Part shown: positions 9,872 to 20,799 of the stretch, piece after piece | How positions within the stretch are numbered: the first letter of the stretch is position 1 | How the letters are laid out: the number at the start of each line of letters is the position of its first letter | Origin: an uncultured Candidatus Brevefilum sp. | Lineage (GTDB): Bacteria; Chloroflexota; Anaerolineae; Anaerolineales; Anaerolineaceae | Assembly (NCBI GenBank): GCA_964411385.1 | Contig: CAYPKT010000003.1 | Coordinates: 137,302 to 201,301 of the forward strand | Reading direction: 5' to 3' | DNA: 64,000 nt | The notes under the pieces: generated by a model | Database searches by the model: none | Told to the model about the DNA's origin: nothing | The model's input: the letters and a program-made list of their open reading frames with translations, nothing else | Program-made: the position numbers and the translations under genes

Positions 9872-11731
9872 TTATGCAAATTTCTGGGGGATACCGCCTG
9901 TTTTTTCAACAGGAGTTGGGAAAATTTCAAAGAAATCTTTAGCGCTAAGCGTTTCGAACTCTAATAACTTTTCGGCAACTTGGTCTAATTCATGACGGTA
10001 TTGATTGAGGATATCCTTTGCCTTTTGGTAGGAATCCTGAACAATGGCTTGTATGGCTTTATCAATTCTTTCGGCCACGTGCTCTGAATAATCGCGTTGT
10101 TCAGAGATCTCCCGACCCAAAAAGACTAACTCTTCTTTTTTACCATAAACCATAGGTCCCAGCTCATCGCTCATCCCCAGGCGCATCACCATTGTGCGAG
10201 CAAGTTTTGTCACTCGTTCCAGGTCATTCGAGGCGCCAGAAGTAATATCATTAAACACGATTTCTTCTGCTGCTCGTCCGCCTAATAAGCTAATCATGTC
10301 ACTCATAATTTGCCCGCGTGATTTTAATAAGCGATCTTCTTCTGGGAAGGCGATCGTGTAACCACCAGCTTCGCCTCGTGATATGATCGATATCTTTTGA
10401 ACTGTGTCTGCTTCTGGTAAGGCATTGATTACAATAGCATGACCAGCTTCATGGTATGCAATAATTTTCTTCTCATTTTGATTTATTAAGCGGCTCTTTC
10501 TTTCAGGGCCGGCGATAACCCGTTCAATAGCTTCCATAAATTCGGGGTGTTCAATAATGCGTTTATTACGCCTGGCAGCCAAAATTGCAGCTTCGTTGAC
10601 CAGGTTTTCAATATCTGCACCGACGAAACCCGGCGTGGAACGAGCGATATCATTTAAATCAACATCGGGTGAAATGGGTTTGCCCTTAACGTGAACCTGC
10701 AAAATTTCTTCACGTCCTTTGATGTCTGGTCGATCGAGTGTTACACGACGATCAAAGCGCCCTGGTCGCAGCAGCGCAGGGTCAAGGATGTCTGGTCGAT
10801 TTGTGGCAGCAATGATAATTACATTTGTATCAGTATCAAAGCCGTCCATTTCAACCAAGAGTTGGTTAAGCGTTTGTTCACGTTCGTCGTGGCTGCCGCC
10901 CAAGCCAGCCCCCCGATGTCGTCCGACAGCATCGATTTCGTCTACAAACACAAGAGCAGGAGAATGTCGTTTCGCTTGATCGAATAAATCCCTGACACGA
11001 CTGGCACCAACACCGACAAACATCTCAACAAATTCCGAACCAGATATAGAGAAAAAGGGCACGCCGGCTTCGCCCGAGACAGCCTTCGCCATCAAAGTTT
11101 TACCGGTACCTGGCGCCCCAACGAGCAATACGCCTTTAGGAATGCGAGCCCCTAAGGCAATAAATTTTTGTGGTTCACGTAAAAACTCAACGACTTCTTG
11201 AAGTTCTTCTTTTGCCTCATCTACGCCAGCTACATCTTCAAAAGTCACTGTTGGGTGGTCGCCTGTGAACATACGCGCTTTAGACTTTCCAAAAGCCATA
11301 GCAGCTGTATTGCTTCCCTGAGCCTGACGAAAGATAAACCAAAATAACCCGATTAAAATCACAAAAGGCAGAATATAACTTAGGATTGAAAAAATACCCA
11401 ATAACGCACTGGGGAGCTTAATATCAACCGTAATCTGGTTTGGTGATAAGTCTTCAGGTGTTACGCCCAATTCAACAAGTTGAGCAATCAGCGGGGTGTT
11501 AGGGTCTTTCGTGGAAGTCTTTTTGATCTCGTTATTTTTATACACGACTTCGAGGCGATTCTCATTTTCTGATATAGACTTGACTTTGCCATCACGAATA
11601 TCGAGTGCGAGCTGATTAATCGAGATCTGCTCGCTTTGTGCATTTTGTTGATTAACAGTGAAGTAAACCATCGCAATAATTGCTGTAAACAGCAATATAT
11701 AGATGATAAACGACTGATTTCTTGGATTCAC
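9872..11731 (-). CDS. ftsH: ATP-dependent zinc metalloprotease FtsH
   Basis: Walker A GAPGTGKT, an AAA SRH region, and zinc motif HEAGHA. Confidence 0.95.
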   Translation of the reverse strand: MNPRNQSFIIYILLFTAIIAMVYFTVNQQNAQSEQISINQLALDIRDGKVKSISENENRLEVVYKNNEIKKTSTKDPNTPLIAQLVELGVTPEDLSPNQITVDIKLPSALLGIFSILSYILPFVILIGLFWFIFRQAQGSNTAAMAFGKSKARMFTGDHPTVTFEDVAGVDEAKEELQEVVEFLREPQKFIALGARIPKGVLLVGAPGTGKTLMAKAVSGEAGVPFFSISGSEFVEMFVGVGASRVRDLFDQAKRHSPALVFVDEIDAVGRHRGAGLGGSHDEREQTLNQLLVEMDGFDTDTNVIIIAATNRPDILDPALLRPGRFDRRVTLDRPDIKGREEILQVHVKGKPISPDVDLNDIARSTPGFVGADIENLVNEAAILAARRNKRIIEHPEFMEAIERVIAGPERKSRLINQNEKKIIAYHEAGHAIVINALPEADTVQKISIISRGEAGGYTIAFPEEDRLLKSRGQIMSDMISLLGGRAAEEIVFNDITSGASNDLERVTKLARTMVMRLGMSDELGPMVYGKKEELVFLGREISEQRDYSEHVAERIDKAIQAIVQDSYQKAKDILNQYRHELDQVAEKLLEFETLSAKDFFEIFPTPVEKTGGIPQKFA

Positions 11732-11826
11732 TGATTCCTCCAGAATAAATTTATATTTTAGTTACTTTAATAACCAAAGTATTATACCAACCCAAGGTGG
11801 TCTTTTCTAGTGATATTGTTGTAAAT

Positions 11827-13002
11827 TTAAAATATCTTATAGTTTTTTAACAAAGGAACTAACTTTTGAAGAAATTTTCTATCAGAGTTTGAAACAAATT
11901 CAAGCCATTGAGCTGGAAATTTGCCTTTTACTTGGTCTCCATGATTGGACAACGAAAAAACGTCTAAACGATCTAATTTTTCTATCATATTTAAGGAAAT
12001 TAGCCTGGATTGAAGAAAACGTTCGATCGGATCTTGTTTTTCATTTAAAGGGTGATCCAGAATTGAATTGTGTGAATTTATTTCGTAATTTGATACTTTA
12101 AACAAAGACTCCCATAAAGGATGGACAAGATGGGTTTCAAGATTTGCAATAGCAGAAACGAGTTGTTGAAATTTTACTTGATCTCTGGGCGAGAAAGATT
12201 TAAATATATTCGAAATATTTCTCTTCCACGTATCGAAGATTCCCGCAGTCGCGCGTAATATGGCAATATGGACTGGTGGATGATTTGCAAGTTTGCTTTT
12301 GTTGTCCATGAAAACCTGCTTTAACCAAGGTTTTAAGTTATCTATCGACCCTTGATCAGCCCATGTATCAGTGTCTTGACCATTATGAATCCAAAAAGTT
12401 TGGAACCCCATGGTGCTCATGGGAATTAAATCATATTTGATACTATCACCAACCATGATTATTAAACCTTCGGGCCAGCCTAAGTGTCCTAAAACTTCTG
12501 CATAATACTCGAGGTGCGGTTTTGTGAAATGAAAATTTTCATAAGTTGTAAAGAATTCGAAGGCTCCTGGATTTAAATTAGCCCACTCGATTCTTTGATG
12601 CGTAGCAGTTTTGGGGAAAAGAGGGTTGGTTGCAACAGCGATTGTCACCCCATGAGACTGTGCCCATTCAACAAGATCTTCTACCCCTGCTCTGGAATTT
12701 GTGATGGGTTTTAATTGTGGAAAATTTGTTTGGTAAAAATAATTTAAAACATCTTTACATGCCTCCTCGGTAGTTCCTAAGTGGCTGTAAAAATTCTCAT
12801 CAAAAATTTCTTTTAAGGTTTTGATTGGATTTAAGTTGGCAAACATTTCTCCAACAGCGAAATTTATTTGATCGCCAATTTCTGTTTTCGTTCCTAAATG
12901 GTTCAGGGCAGAGCCCAAAAGTTCATAATAACCTGGTAGAAATTGATCCATGTTGACAGTTATTAATGTATCGTCAAGGTCAAATAAAATCGTTTTTTGC
13001 AT
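11827..13002 (-). CDS. HAD-superfamily hydrolase with an uncharacterised C-terminal helical extension
   Basis: HAD motif I ILFDLDDTLI at the N-terminus and MVGDS motif IV. The C-terminal ~150 aa is unassigned. Confidence 0.6.
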   Translation of the reverse strand: MQKTILFDLDDTLITVNMDQFLPGYYELLGSALNHLGTKTEIGDQINFAVGEMFANLNPIKTLKEIFDENFYSHLGTTEEACKDVLNYFYQTNFPQLKPITNSRAGVEDLVEWAQSHGVTIAVATNPLFPKTATHQRIEWANLNPGAFEFFTTYENFHFTKPHLEYYAEVLGHLGWPEGLIIMVGDSIKYDLIPMSTMGFQTFWIHNGQDTDTWADQGSIDNLKPWLKQVFMDNKSKLANHPPVHIAILRATAGIFDTWKRNISNIFKSFSPRDQVKFQQLVSAIANLETHLVHPLWESLFKVSNYEINSHNSILDHPLNEKQDPIERFLQSRLISLNMIEKLDRLDVFSLSNHGDQVKGKFPAQWLEFVSNSDRKFLQKLVPLLKNYKIF

Positions 13003-13328
13003 CAGCTATCTTTGAATAAATTCTCTATTGAATGACATTTACCACACCCTGTATAGGGATTTTTAACGACCTGATGTGTTTTTGTGCAATAAGCATCCAC
13101 TTTCACTTTTTTACCAAACCGAAATAACGTTGAAACAACCTCAGCTGTAAGGATCATGTTAGGGCAAGCATTTGCTAAGCGGATACCAGGAACGGGGCAA
13201 GCTTTACATAGCTTGACCTCCCATGGTGGATTGCTTTTTCCAAGTAAGCGACATTCTTCAAACCGCCTCCCCCTAAAATAATCACCATAAAAATAAGGGC
13301 ATTCTTTTCCAGTCGTAGGAACAATCAT
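13002..13328 (-). CDS. Small Cys-rich hypothetical protein (108 aa, 10 Cys)
   Basis: ORF with paired cysteines (CKACPVPG, CGKC). Its stop overlaps the HAD gene start (ATGA). Confidence 0.45.
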   Translation of the reverse strand: MIVPTTGKECPYFYGDYFRGRRFEECRLLGKSNPPWEVKLCKACPVPGIRLANACPNMILTAEVVSTLFRFGKKVKVDAYCTKTHQVVKNPYTGCGKCHSIENLFKDS

Positions 13329-13403
13329 CTTGTTAATTGGTACTGCAGAACCCCTTTAGGTAATATTTAAATAAATCAAAAAGAAGCAAGCTGGTAAAAA
13401 TCT

Positions 13404-13961
13404 TTACACGCGGGTGACGTAATTTCCATTACGTGTGTCCACTCGAATGGTATCTCCCTTATTGATGAAAGAGGGGACCTGAACCTCTAAGCCTGTGTCG
13501 GTGATGACCTTTTTAGTAACTGCAGTGGCGGTATCTCCTCTCGCAGCTGGTTCAGCTTCAACAACTTCTAAATCAACAGATGTAGGCAACTCAACGTCCA
13601 AAGCCTCTGATTCAAAGAACATTAGTTTAACATCCATATTTGGCTTCAAATATTTTGCCTGATCACCTAAAACTTCTCCATCAACTGGGTATTGTTCGTA
13701 GCTTTGATTATCCATAAAATAATAAAAATGGTCATCAGCATATAAAAATTGAGCATTGTGGTAGTCAAGCCGAATATCTTGTACACGGTTACCGGAGTTA
13801 AAAGTCATTTCCAGTGTTGTTCCTTTGCGCAAGTCTCGTGTTTTAATGCGGATTGTTGCAGCGCCCCTGCCTGGCTTATTGTGTGCATAATCTAACACCT
13901 TGTATAGGCTGCCATCGAGTTCGAAGGTTACACCTTTTCGCAATTCATTTACATCTATCAT
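13404..13961 (-). CDS. efp: Translation elongation factor P
   Basis: 185 aa. LRKGVTFELDGSLYKVLDYAHNKPGRGAATIRIKTRDL is canonical EF-P. Confidence 0.95.
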   Translation of the reverse strand: MIDVNELRKGVTFELDGSLYKVLDYAHNKPGRGAATIRIKTRDLRKGTTLEMTFNSGNRVQDIRLDYHNAQFLYADDHFYYFMDNQSYEQYPVDGEVLGDQAKYLKPNMDVKLMFFESEALDVELPTSVDLEVVEAEPAARGDTATAVTKKVITDTGLEVQVPSFINKGDTIRVDTRNGNYVTRV

Positions 13962-14165
13962 GAAATATTTTCCTCTAATCTATCAAATCACCTCAAGGAT
14001 TATAATACAGAGAGTTTGGGTTTTCAAGTTGCAATCATTTTTAATATATAATAATAAGAATTTTTAGAAAATTTGCTAATAAAAATCAGCACTTCCAAAA
14101 CTGTTAATGCCCTAATTTGTTATAATTTATAGAAATATTTTATTTTACTGAAAGCTGAGGAATTT

Positions 14166-15296
14166 ATGGTTACGATTCATAAGGTAGATTTGCAGGACAA
14201 AAAAGGTGTAAATCGATTTGTAAAATTTCCGTTTGATTTGTATGCAGAACATCCACAATGGGTTCCCCCTTTCATATCTGACGTAAAGGCAATGTTAAAC
14301 CCTAAAAAACACCCCTATTATGATCATTCTGATGCGGAATTTTTTATTGCAATGCGTGATGGTGAAATGGTGGGGCGGATTGCAGCACTAGAAAACAAAC
14401 CTTTTAATCGTTATCACGATGCAAAAGATGCTGAGTTTTACCTTTTCGAATGTGTAGATGATCAAGATGTGGCAGACGCCCTTTTTGAAACAGTGTTTGA
14501 TTGGGCAAAAGAACGAGGTTTGAATAAGGTGGTTGGGCCAAAAGGATTTGGTCCTTTGGATGGCTATGGTATTCAAATTGAAGGATTTGAGCACCGCCAA
14601 ATGATGAATATGATGAATTATAACTATCCCTATTATCGCACCTTAGTAGAAAATTTAGGTTTCACCAAGGTCGTTGATTTTGTTTCGAGTTATATGCAGC
14701 CAGTAGATTTTCACTTGCCTGATAAGATTCAAAAAGCAGCTGAAATTGCAAAAAAGCGGGGCAGCTTCCGGGTTTTAAATTTTAATAATAAAAAAGAATT
14801 GATTAGTTGGGCTGGAAGAATAGGGCAAGCATACAATAAAGCCTTTGTAAAGAACTGGGAGTATTATCCGCTAACAGAACGCGAAATCGATTTTGTGGTC
14901 AGCAATGTTATTACGATTGTTGACCCCGATTTATTGAAAATTATTTTACGAGACGACGAGGTAGTGGGCTTTGTTTTCCCTTTCCCGGATATATCTGCAG
15001 CAATGCAAAAGAACCGAGGGAAATTAAATCTGATTGGTATTATTAGATTGCTTAAAGAAATTAAAAAAACAGACTGGATTTCATTTAACGGTGTGGGTAT
15101 CTTGCCAGAATTTCAGGGCTTGGGCGGAAATGCAATTATCTATTCGGAATTGAATAAATCTTTGAAGCAGAAAACCCAATTCGTCCATTCTGAACTTACT
15201 CAGGTTGCAGAGACTGCTGTTCAGATGAGAAAAGATCTGTTGAATTTAGGTGTAAAATTCTATAAAAACCATCGAGTGTATCAAAAAACACTGTAA
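14166..15296 (+). CDS. GNAT-like acyltransferase-fold protein (family-level call only)
   Basis: 376 aa. The C-terminal region GVGILPEFQGLGGNAIIY resembles the acetyl-CoA binding motif of GNATs. Confidence 0.5.
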   Translation: MVTIHKVDLQDKKGVNRFVKFPFDLYAEHPQWVPPFISDVKAMLNPKKHPYYDHSDAEFFIAMRDGEMVGRIAALENKPFNRYHDAKDAEFYLFECVDDQDVADALFETVFDWAKERGLNKVVGPKGFGPLDGYGIQIEGFEHRQMMNMMNYNYPYYRTLVENLGFTKVVDFVSSYMQPVDFHLPDKIQKAAEIAKKRGSFRVLNFNNKKELISWAGRIGQAYNKAFVKNWEYYPLTEREIDFVVSNVITIVDPDLLKIILRDDEVVGFVFPFPDISAAMQKNRGKLNLIGIIRLLKEIKKTDWISFNGVGILPEFQGLGGNAIIYSELNKSLKQKTQFVHSELTQVAETAVQMRKDLLNLGVKFYKNHRVYQKTL

Positions 15297-15587
15297 ATTT
15301 ATTTAACGCAGCTGAATGCTATTCTCAATTTGCTTTCTCGCCTCAGCGATGTTAAAATTCTATCCAAAGATGAGATGATATTATTTCGTATTAATTTTAT
15401 CTGGTTTTACAGAAAAACCTTTATTCATTGGGTAATTTACTTATTGAGTTCGTTAAAGTTGCACATAGTTGGTTACTGAAAATATATAATCAAATCTAAA
15501 TGAGCTCGGTTGTGGCTTTTGAAATCAAACCGCGCCTCAAGAAAGCAGTACAGAAATTTAGTAATTTTAAAAAGAAGGTGAACAATA

Positions 15588-16286
15588 ATGGATGGGTTTG
15601 TTAACACGGTTCAAAAAGCGTTCGCACTTACTGCCTTAACCAGCGAAGATGTCTTTAATATTGTGTTTTCGATGTTGGTTGCGCTAATCATCGGAATCAT
15701 AATTTCGCAAACGTATAGAATAACACATCGTGGGGTAAATTATGAACTAACTTTTATGTCAACATTAGTTATGTTAGCGCCAATCGTTGCCTTGGTGATG
15801 TTATTTATTCAGGGCAACTTGGTTTTATCTCTTGGCTTAGTTGGTTCACTTTCGATAATTCGTTTTCGCACCCCAATTAAAGATACACGCGATATGGTGT
15901 ACCTGTTTTGGAGTATTGCGGTTGGGCTTGGTGCAGGTACCTATAATTGGACGATGGTTGCCCTGGCTTCAGCTATCATTTTAATATTCATATTTATTTT
16001 ATACTTGATTAAATATGGTCGTTCTCAAAACCATGACTATATCCTGGTTGTTTCAGGTACTTCGGGGTTTGATCGTGAATCGATCAGGGCGACGATTGGT
16101 GAATTTGTTAGCGATGTTAAATTACGCTCGCAAACGTTTAATGACGAACTATGGGAAATCGTTTTTGAGCTTCGTGTAGATGAAAAAACAAATTTTGCTT
16201 TGGATAGCCTTTTAAAAGCCTTGCAAGCTGATCAATCCATTAGCAATGTCTCTTTACTTTCACCTCAATTGGCGTTGCCATTATAA
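15588..16286 (+). CDS. DUF4956-like integral membrane protein
   Basis: Four TM helices and the motif LSIIRFRTPIKDTRDMVYLFWSIAVGLGAG. First gene of a three-gene operon. Confidence 0.7.
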   Translation: MDGFVNTVQKAFALTALTSEDVFNIVFSMLVALIIGIIISQTYRITHRGVNYELTFMSTLVMLAPIVALVMLFIQGNLVLSLGLVGSLSIIRFRTPIKDTRDMVYLFWSIAVGLGAGTYNWTMVALASAIILIFIFILYLIKYGRSQNHDYILVVSGTSGFDRESIRATIGEFVSDVKLRSQTFNDELWEIVFELRVDEKTNFALDSLLKALQADQSISNVSLLSPQLALPL

Positions 16287-16299
16287 ATCATGATTACAA

Positions 16300-17043
16300 A
16301 TGATTGAAGAAGATCTTTTATCATCTGCATCTCGTTTTGAGCGCAAATATCGTTGCTCGCCAGCGCAGTATTATGCATTAAAAAATGCTCTTTATCCATA
16401 CCTGCGACATGATTATTACACTCGCGTAAACCCTAAAAAAAGGTACCTGGTTCGGAGTTTATATTTTGATGGCGATCACTTCCCTATATACTTTGAAAAA
16501 TTGGGGGGCAACTCCGATCGATTGAAATATAGAATCCGAACTTATGCTGACAATTATGAAGATTCACCCGACATCCGTGTGGAAATGAAAGTGCGTGATG
16601 GTAATTTAACACGAAAATATGGTTCTTATATTTCTTTAAATAATTGTAATCATTTTCTAAAGGGTAGGCACTGGGAAGATAGAACTGACCCCGTGTTGCA
16701 GGAATTCGAAAGACACGTGCATTTGATGGACCTAAAACCAAAAACTTTGGTCGAATACCATCGTGAAGGCTTTGAAGCGTTAGATGGAAGCGGTACACGT
16801 TTAACTTTTGATCATCGCATCAGGAGTGTACATTCAAACGAACTTTTTCCAAAAAGTATCCTTTGGTATGTCCATTACGAGCAAATGATTGTATTTGAAA
16901 TTAAACATACCAAGTCGCTGCCAGATTGGCTGAACACCATAATCAAAAAGCTTGGGATGAAATTAATATCAAACAGTAAATTTGCTTTTGGTATCAAGTC
17001 GAGTCAGCCCGATTTAATTTATCCAAGTTGGAATATATGCTAA
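16300..17043 (+). CDS. VTC-domain (polyphosphate-polymerase-like, triphosphate tunnel fold) protein
   Basis: RFERKYRCS...LVRSLYFDGDHF...LKYRIRTY pattern of bacterial VTC-domain proteins. 13-nt gap to the upstream gene. Confidence 0.7.
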   Translation: MIEEDLLSSASRFERKYRCSPAQYYALKNALYPYLRHDYYTRVNPKKRYLVRSLYFDGDHFPIYFEKLGGNSDRLKYRIRTYADNYEDSPDIRVEMKVRDGNLTRKYGSYISLNNCNHFLKGRHWEDRTDPVLQEFERHVHLMDLKPKTLVEYHREGFEALDGSGTRLTFDHRIRSVHSNELFPKSILWYVHYEQMIVFEIKHTKSLPDWLNTIIKKLGMKLISNSKFAFGIKSSQPDLIYPSWNIC

Positions 17044-19860
17044 ATGGCGCGAAAACTTCGTAAAGAATTTGTTTTCATTATATTAATACTTGGATTATTC
17101 GGATTAGGGATTCTCTCGACCTCAGTTTTTGCGGATAAAGAAGTTGTTTTTCCAGACGAAAACCTGGAAAGGGCAATCCGCAAGGTTCTAAATTATTCTG
17201 ACAAACCGCTTTACCGTTCCCAACTTTTGGATATCGTTACATTAGATTTGAGTGTAAATGAAATAAAAAATATAGAAGGTCTGCAACATTTCCGAAATTT
17301 ACGCGAGCTTAATTTACGGTACAACAATTTATTGGAGGTAAGCCCGTTAAGGTCACTTTCAAATTTGCGAGTTCTTGATCTTGGATATAACCATATAACT
17401 AACCTTGAAAATGCCAATTTCGAAAGCTTAAAAAATATTAGGTTAGAAACGCTAAACCTTGACCATAATGTAATTTTTGATGGTAACCAAGTTAAAGTTC
17501 GCTTGTCCGATATCCATTTGTTAAGCAATTTTACCGATTTGCATGAATTAAGTTTAATGGACAATCACATTAAGGATCTAAAACCTCTTGCAGCCTTAAA
17601 TAAACTTAGCGTATTAAACCTTAGAGAAAATAAGATAAAAACACTTGAGGGTTTAGAGAAGTTGCAGAACCTTAAAAAGCTTAATTTACGAGAGAACCAA
17701 ATTAAAGACATTACCATAATCGGTAATCTCAGAAACTTAACCAATTTAAATTTGCACTCCAATCAAAATATAAGAGATTTATCTCCAATTGCTGGTCTCA
17801 ATGAACTCGATACCTTGATCTTGAGAAACATATCGATGGGTGACCAGATGGAAGTTCTTGGAGGCTTGACGTCTCTTAAGCGATTGAATCTTCGAAATTG
17901 TTCAGTGAGCGATTTTTCGGTAGTGTTTGATCTAATGAAGGCTGGTGCCTTGCAGGATAATCTTGGTCAAGGCGTCTTTGCGTATTTGAATATCATGGAA
18001 AACCCAATTCCAAATGACCCATACCATTTGCGTGGGTTTAGGCCATACTGGGATAATATCGGGTCGAAATTCCCCCAGGTTCTTAACGATGGGATTTTAT
18101 CTCCGCCAGAATTTTCTGTGCAGAGTGGTTTTTATCAGGAAACGCTCTTATTAAAATTATCAAGCGATGAAGATAGTGCCAACATTTATTACACGCTTGA
18201 TGGCTCAAACCCAACTGTCAATTCCACAAAATATTCGACACCGATTTTAATTAATGCCGGTGAAATTGACCAGAATGGCATGATGAAAGGAACCATTGTT
18301 AGGGCAAGGATAATACAAAACGAAGGCTACGATGCCAGCCCAGTAATTTCACATACTTATTTCGTAAACAGTAATAGCCGGGAGACCTTAACTTTACCTA
18401 TCGTGTCTTTGGTAATTGCACCCGACCATTTATTTGACCCAGAGGTTGGTATCTACGTAAATTTCAGGCAAAGAGGTAAAAAATGGGAGCGATCGATTGA
18501 GATGACCATGTTTGATGAAAACGGAGAGGTGAGCTTTACTCAAAACGCCTTGGTTCGAATCAACGGTTCTGTCACGAGGGCATTACAACAAAAATCTTTG
18601 AGGTTTTACGCGGACAATACATACGAGCCTAATGAATATTTTAATTACGAATTTTTTCCAGGTTATGTGGCAAGGGGAACTGGTGAAACAATGGATGCTT
18701 ATTCAACGATCATCTTTCGAAATTCAGGCAACGATAATTCGTATAGCTTGTTTAAAGACGCAATGATTCAAAGTCTGGTTGCTCATACAGGCTTGGATAT
18801 CCAGGCTTATCGACCGGTTAATGTATTTATCAATGGGGCTTATTGGGGAATACTGAATATTAGGGAGCGGTTGGATGAACATTATTTAAATAATCATTAC
18901 AATCTCGACAACGATGAAATAACGATTTACGATATCGACATACGAAAAGATTTTTTTAGCCAGCCAATTGAAGAAAACGAATACTTACAACTGCTTGAGT
19001 TTGTTAGAAACAACCAGATGAAAGACGATGACAATTATGACAAAGTCCTTTCTTTAATTGATGTTAACAATTATATTGACAACCAGATTGTTTACATTTA
19101 TGCGGCTAATGGTGATTGGATTGAGAACAATGTTCGTTTATGGAAAGCAAATATAAAAGACAATACCAAAAATATGCTACCTGGGCATGATGGGCTTTGG
19201 CGTTGGATGGTTGTGGATATGGATATGGCTTTTTTGAATGCGGATTTTAATTTATTAAGGGCTGCAGCTCGGGACTCCCATGAAACTACATTATTGCATG
19301 GTCTATTACAGAATAATCAATTTCGCGAAAAATTTATAAATAGATTTGCCGATCATTTAAATACGTCGTTTGAACAAAACCGAGTAGTTGACGAGATAAC
19401 GAGGTTTGAAAACAATTTGAAACCCGATATGCCATTCCACATTGAGCGCTGGAAACGGATGAAAAATTCATTTGAACGGTGGCAGGAAAATGTTAATGCA
19501 TTGAAAACATTTGCTGTTCATCGGCCAAATTTTGTTCGGCAACATATTATGGAAGAATTTGATATTGATGGACTGTATCGGTTAACGGTGGGTGTGGACC
19601 CAGTGGAGGGATTTCTACGTGTGAATACAGTTGATATCCTCTCAACGACGCCTGGAATTTTTGATGTTTCGTTATGGTCAGGCATTTATTTTAATGACAT
19701 TCCTATTACGATTGAGGCGATTCCACATGATGGTTTTCAATTTTCGCACTGGGAAGATGTTAATGGAGGAGTGATTAGCAGTGATATTAGGTTGGGATTG
19801 TCGCCCAACTCTGATGTTCACTTGAAAGCAATTTTTAAAAGTGACGTTATACTAAAGTAA
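17044..19860 (+). CDS. Membrane-anchored/secreted LRR protein fused to a CotH-family atypical kinase domain
   Basis: N-terminal hydrophobic anchor and about 12 22-residue LRRs (LxxLxLxxNxIxxL). Also a chitobiase-C-like module (IYYTLDGSNPT) and a CotH-like C-terminal half (FRNSGNDNS...INGAYWGILNIRERLD). The start ATG overlaps the upstream stop (TAAATG). Confidence 0.8.
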   Translation: MARKLRKEFVFIILILGLFGLGILSTSVFADKEVVFPDENLERAIRKVLNYSDKPLYRSQLLDIVTLDLSVNEIKNIEGLQHFRNLRELNLRYNNLLEVSPLRSLSNLRVLDLGYNHITNLENANFESLKNIRLETLNLDHNVIFDGNQVKVRLSDIHLLSNFTDLHELSLMDNHIKDLKPLAALNKLSVLNLRENKIKTLEGLEKLQNLKKLNLRENQIKDITIIGNLRNLTNLNLHSNQNIRDLSPIAGLNELDTLILRNISMGDQMEVLGGLTSLKRLNLRNCSVSDFSVVFDLMKAGALQDNLGQGVFAYLNIMENPIPNDPYHLRGFRPYWDNIGSKFPQVLNDGILSPPEFSVQSGFYQETLLLKLSSDEDSANIYYTLDGSNPTVNSTKYSTPILINAGEIDQNGMMKGTIVRARIIQNEGYDASPVISHTYFVNSNSRETLTLPIVSLVIAPDHLFDPEVGIYVNFRQRGKKWERSIEMTMFDENGEVSFTQNALVRINGSVTRALQQKSLRFYADNTYEPNEYFNYEFFPGYVARGTGETMDAYSTIIFRNSGNDNSYSLFKDAMIQSLVAHTGLDIQAYRPVNVFINGAYWGILNIRERLDEHYLNNHYNLDNDEITIYDIDIRKDFFSQPIEENEYLQLLEFVRNNQMKDDDNYDKVLSLIDVNNYIDNQIVYIYAANGDWIENNVRLWKANIKDNTKNMLPGHDGLWRWMVVDMDMAFLNADFNLLRAAARDSHETTLLHGLLQNNQFREKFINRFADHLNTSFEQNRVVDEITRFENNLKPDMPFHIERWKRMKNSFERWQENVNALKTFAVHRPNFVRQHIMEEFDIDGLYRLTVGVDPVEGFLRVNTVDILSTTPGIFDVSLWSGIYFNDIPITIEAIPHDGFQFSHWEDVNGGVISSDIRLGLSPNSDVHLKAIFKSDVILK

Positions 19861-19943
19861 ATATGGGAAAAGTAAAATAGATAGGTGACTTGTAATTATT
19901 AAGTAATTATCTATCAATGAAATTAAAGGGTTATTAATTTAAC

Positions 19944-20615
19944 ATGGAACAAAAACACTCGAAACAAAATCTGATAATTATTATCTTAGCGGTATTATTG
20001 ATCGTTTTTGTATCGTCGGTTCTAATATTGATGTCATCATTTAATAAAACGCTTAATTCTGCTCTATATCCGGTGCGCGAAGTCAACAAAATGCTCAGTA
20101 CACAAGTGTCACAATTGTTGAATCCTACGCCAACAATCATCCCAGACCCTGTGACGATAATTAGAGAAATACAATCCCTGGCGCGATTAGAGACTGTTCA
20201 ATATTCCGTACAAAAGGTAATCACTGCAGAGGTAAATCAAGGCGTGCTTGGACCTTTGATTGGCGATAAGTTGCTGCTTGTTGCTCATGGTACGGTTATT
20301 GCTGGTGTTGATCTTGCTAATCTTTCAATTGAGAGCCTAATTTTGAAAAATGATACTTTACATGTAAACTTGCCTGAGGCTGAAGTCTTAGTTGCAACAT
20401 TGGATAATGGTAAGTCATATATATATGATCGAACGACGGGGCTTTTTCGAAAAAGTGATCCTAATTTAGAAACCTCGGCTCGCCGAGTAGCTGAAGAAGA
20501 AATTTTGAATGGTGCCATAGAAGACGGGATTTTGGAGCAGGCAATGGCAAACGCAGAAATTTTTATTGAGAGATTGCTTAACACACTTGGCTACAATCGC
20601 GTTGTATTTGATTAA
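19944..20615 (+). CDS. DUF4230-like membrane-anchored protein
   Basis: A single N-terminal TM helix, then a LARLETVQYSVQKVITAE...LLLVAHGTVIAGVDL pattern. Confidence 0.5.
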   Translation: MEQKHSKQNLIIIILAVLLIVFVSSVLILMSSFNKTLNSALYPVREVNKMLSTQVSQLLNPTPTIIPDPVTIIREIQSLARLETVQYSVQKVITAEVNQGVLGPLIGDKLLLVAHGTVIAGVDLANLSIESLILKNDTLHVNLPEAEVLVATLDNGKSYIYDRTTGLFRKSDPNLETSARRVAEEEILNGAIEDGILEQAMANAEIFIERLLNTLGYNRVVFD

Positions 20616-20759
20616 ACCTATCATAAATTTATCTTGATTCCTTATAAATTTTTTATAATTTTTTTTAGTTATTGAAATTAACAAGACTTCAGTCCATCTT
20701 TTTAAACATAATTAGCTAAAAATCACACACTTTTGCTCTTAATAATCGTTAAAACTACC

Positions 20760-20788
20760 TTGACAAGCCATTAATTCTTGTTTATAAT
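20760..20788 (+). promoter_or_regulatory. Consensus sigma-70-type promoter
   Basis: TTGACA at 20760-20765 and TATAAT at 20783-20788, separated by a 17-bp spacer. It lies 68 nt upstream of the HisD-like gene. Confidence 0.65.
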
Positions 20789-20799
20789 CTAAATTGCAG

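Noticed and set aside
17200-17900. DNA-level tandem repeat in the LRR region of the CotH gene
   Set aside because: The periodicity is at the protein level (22-residue LRRs) with well-diverged codons, not a nucleotide repeat array.
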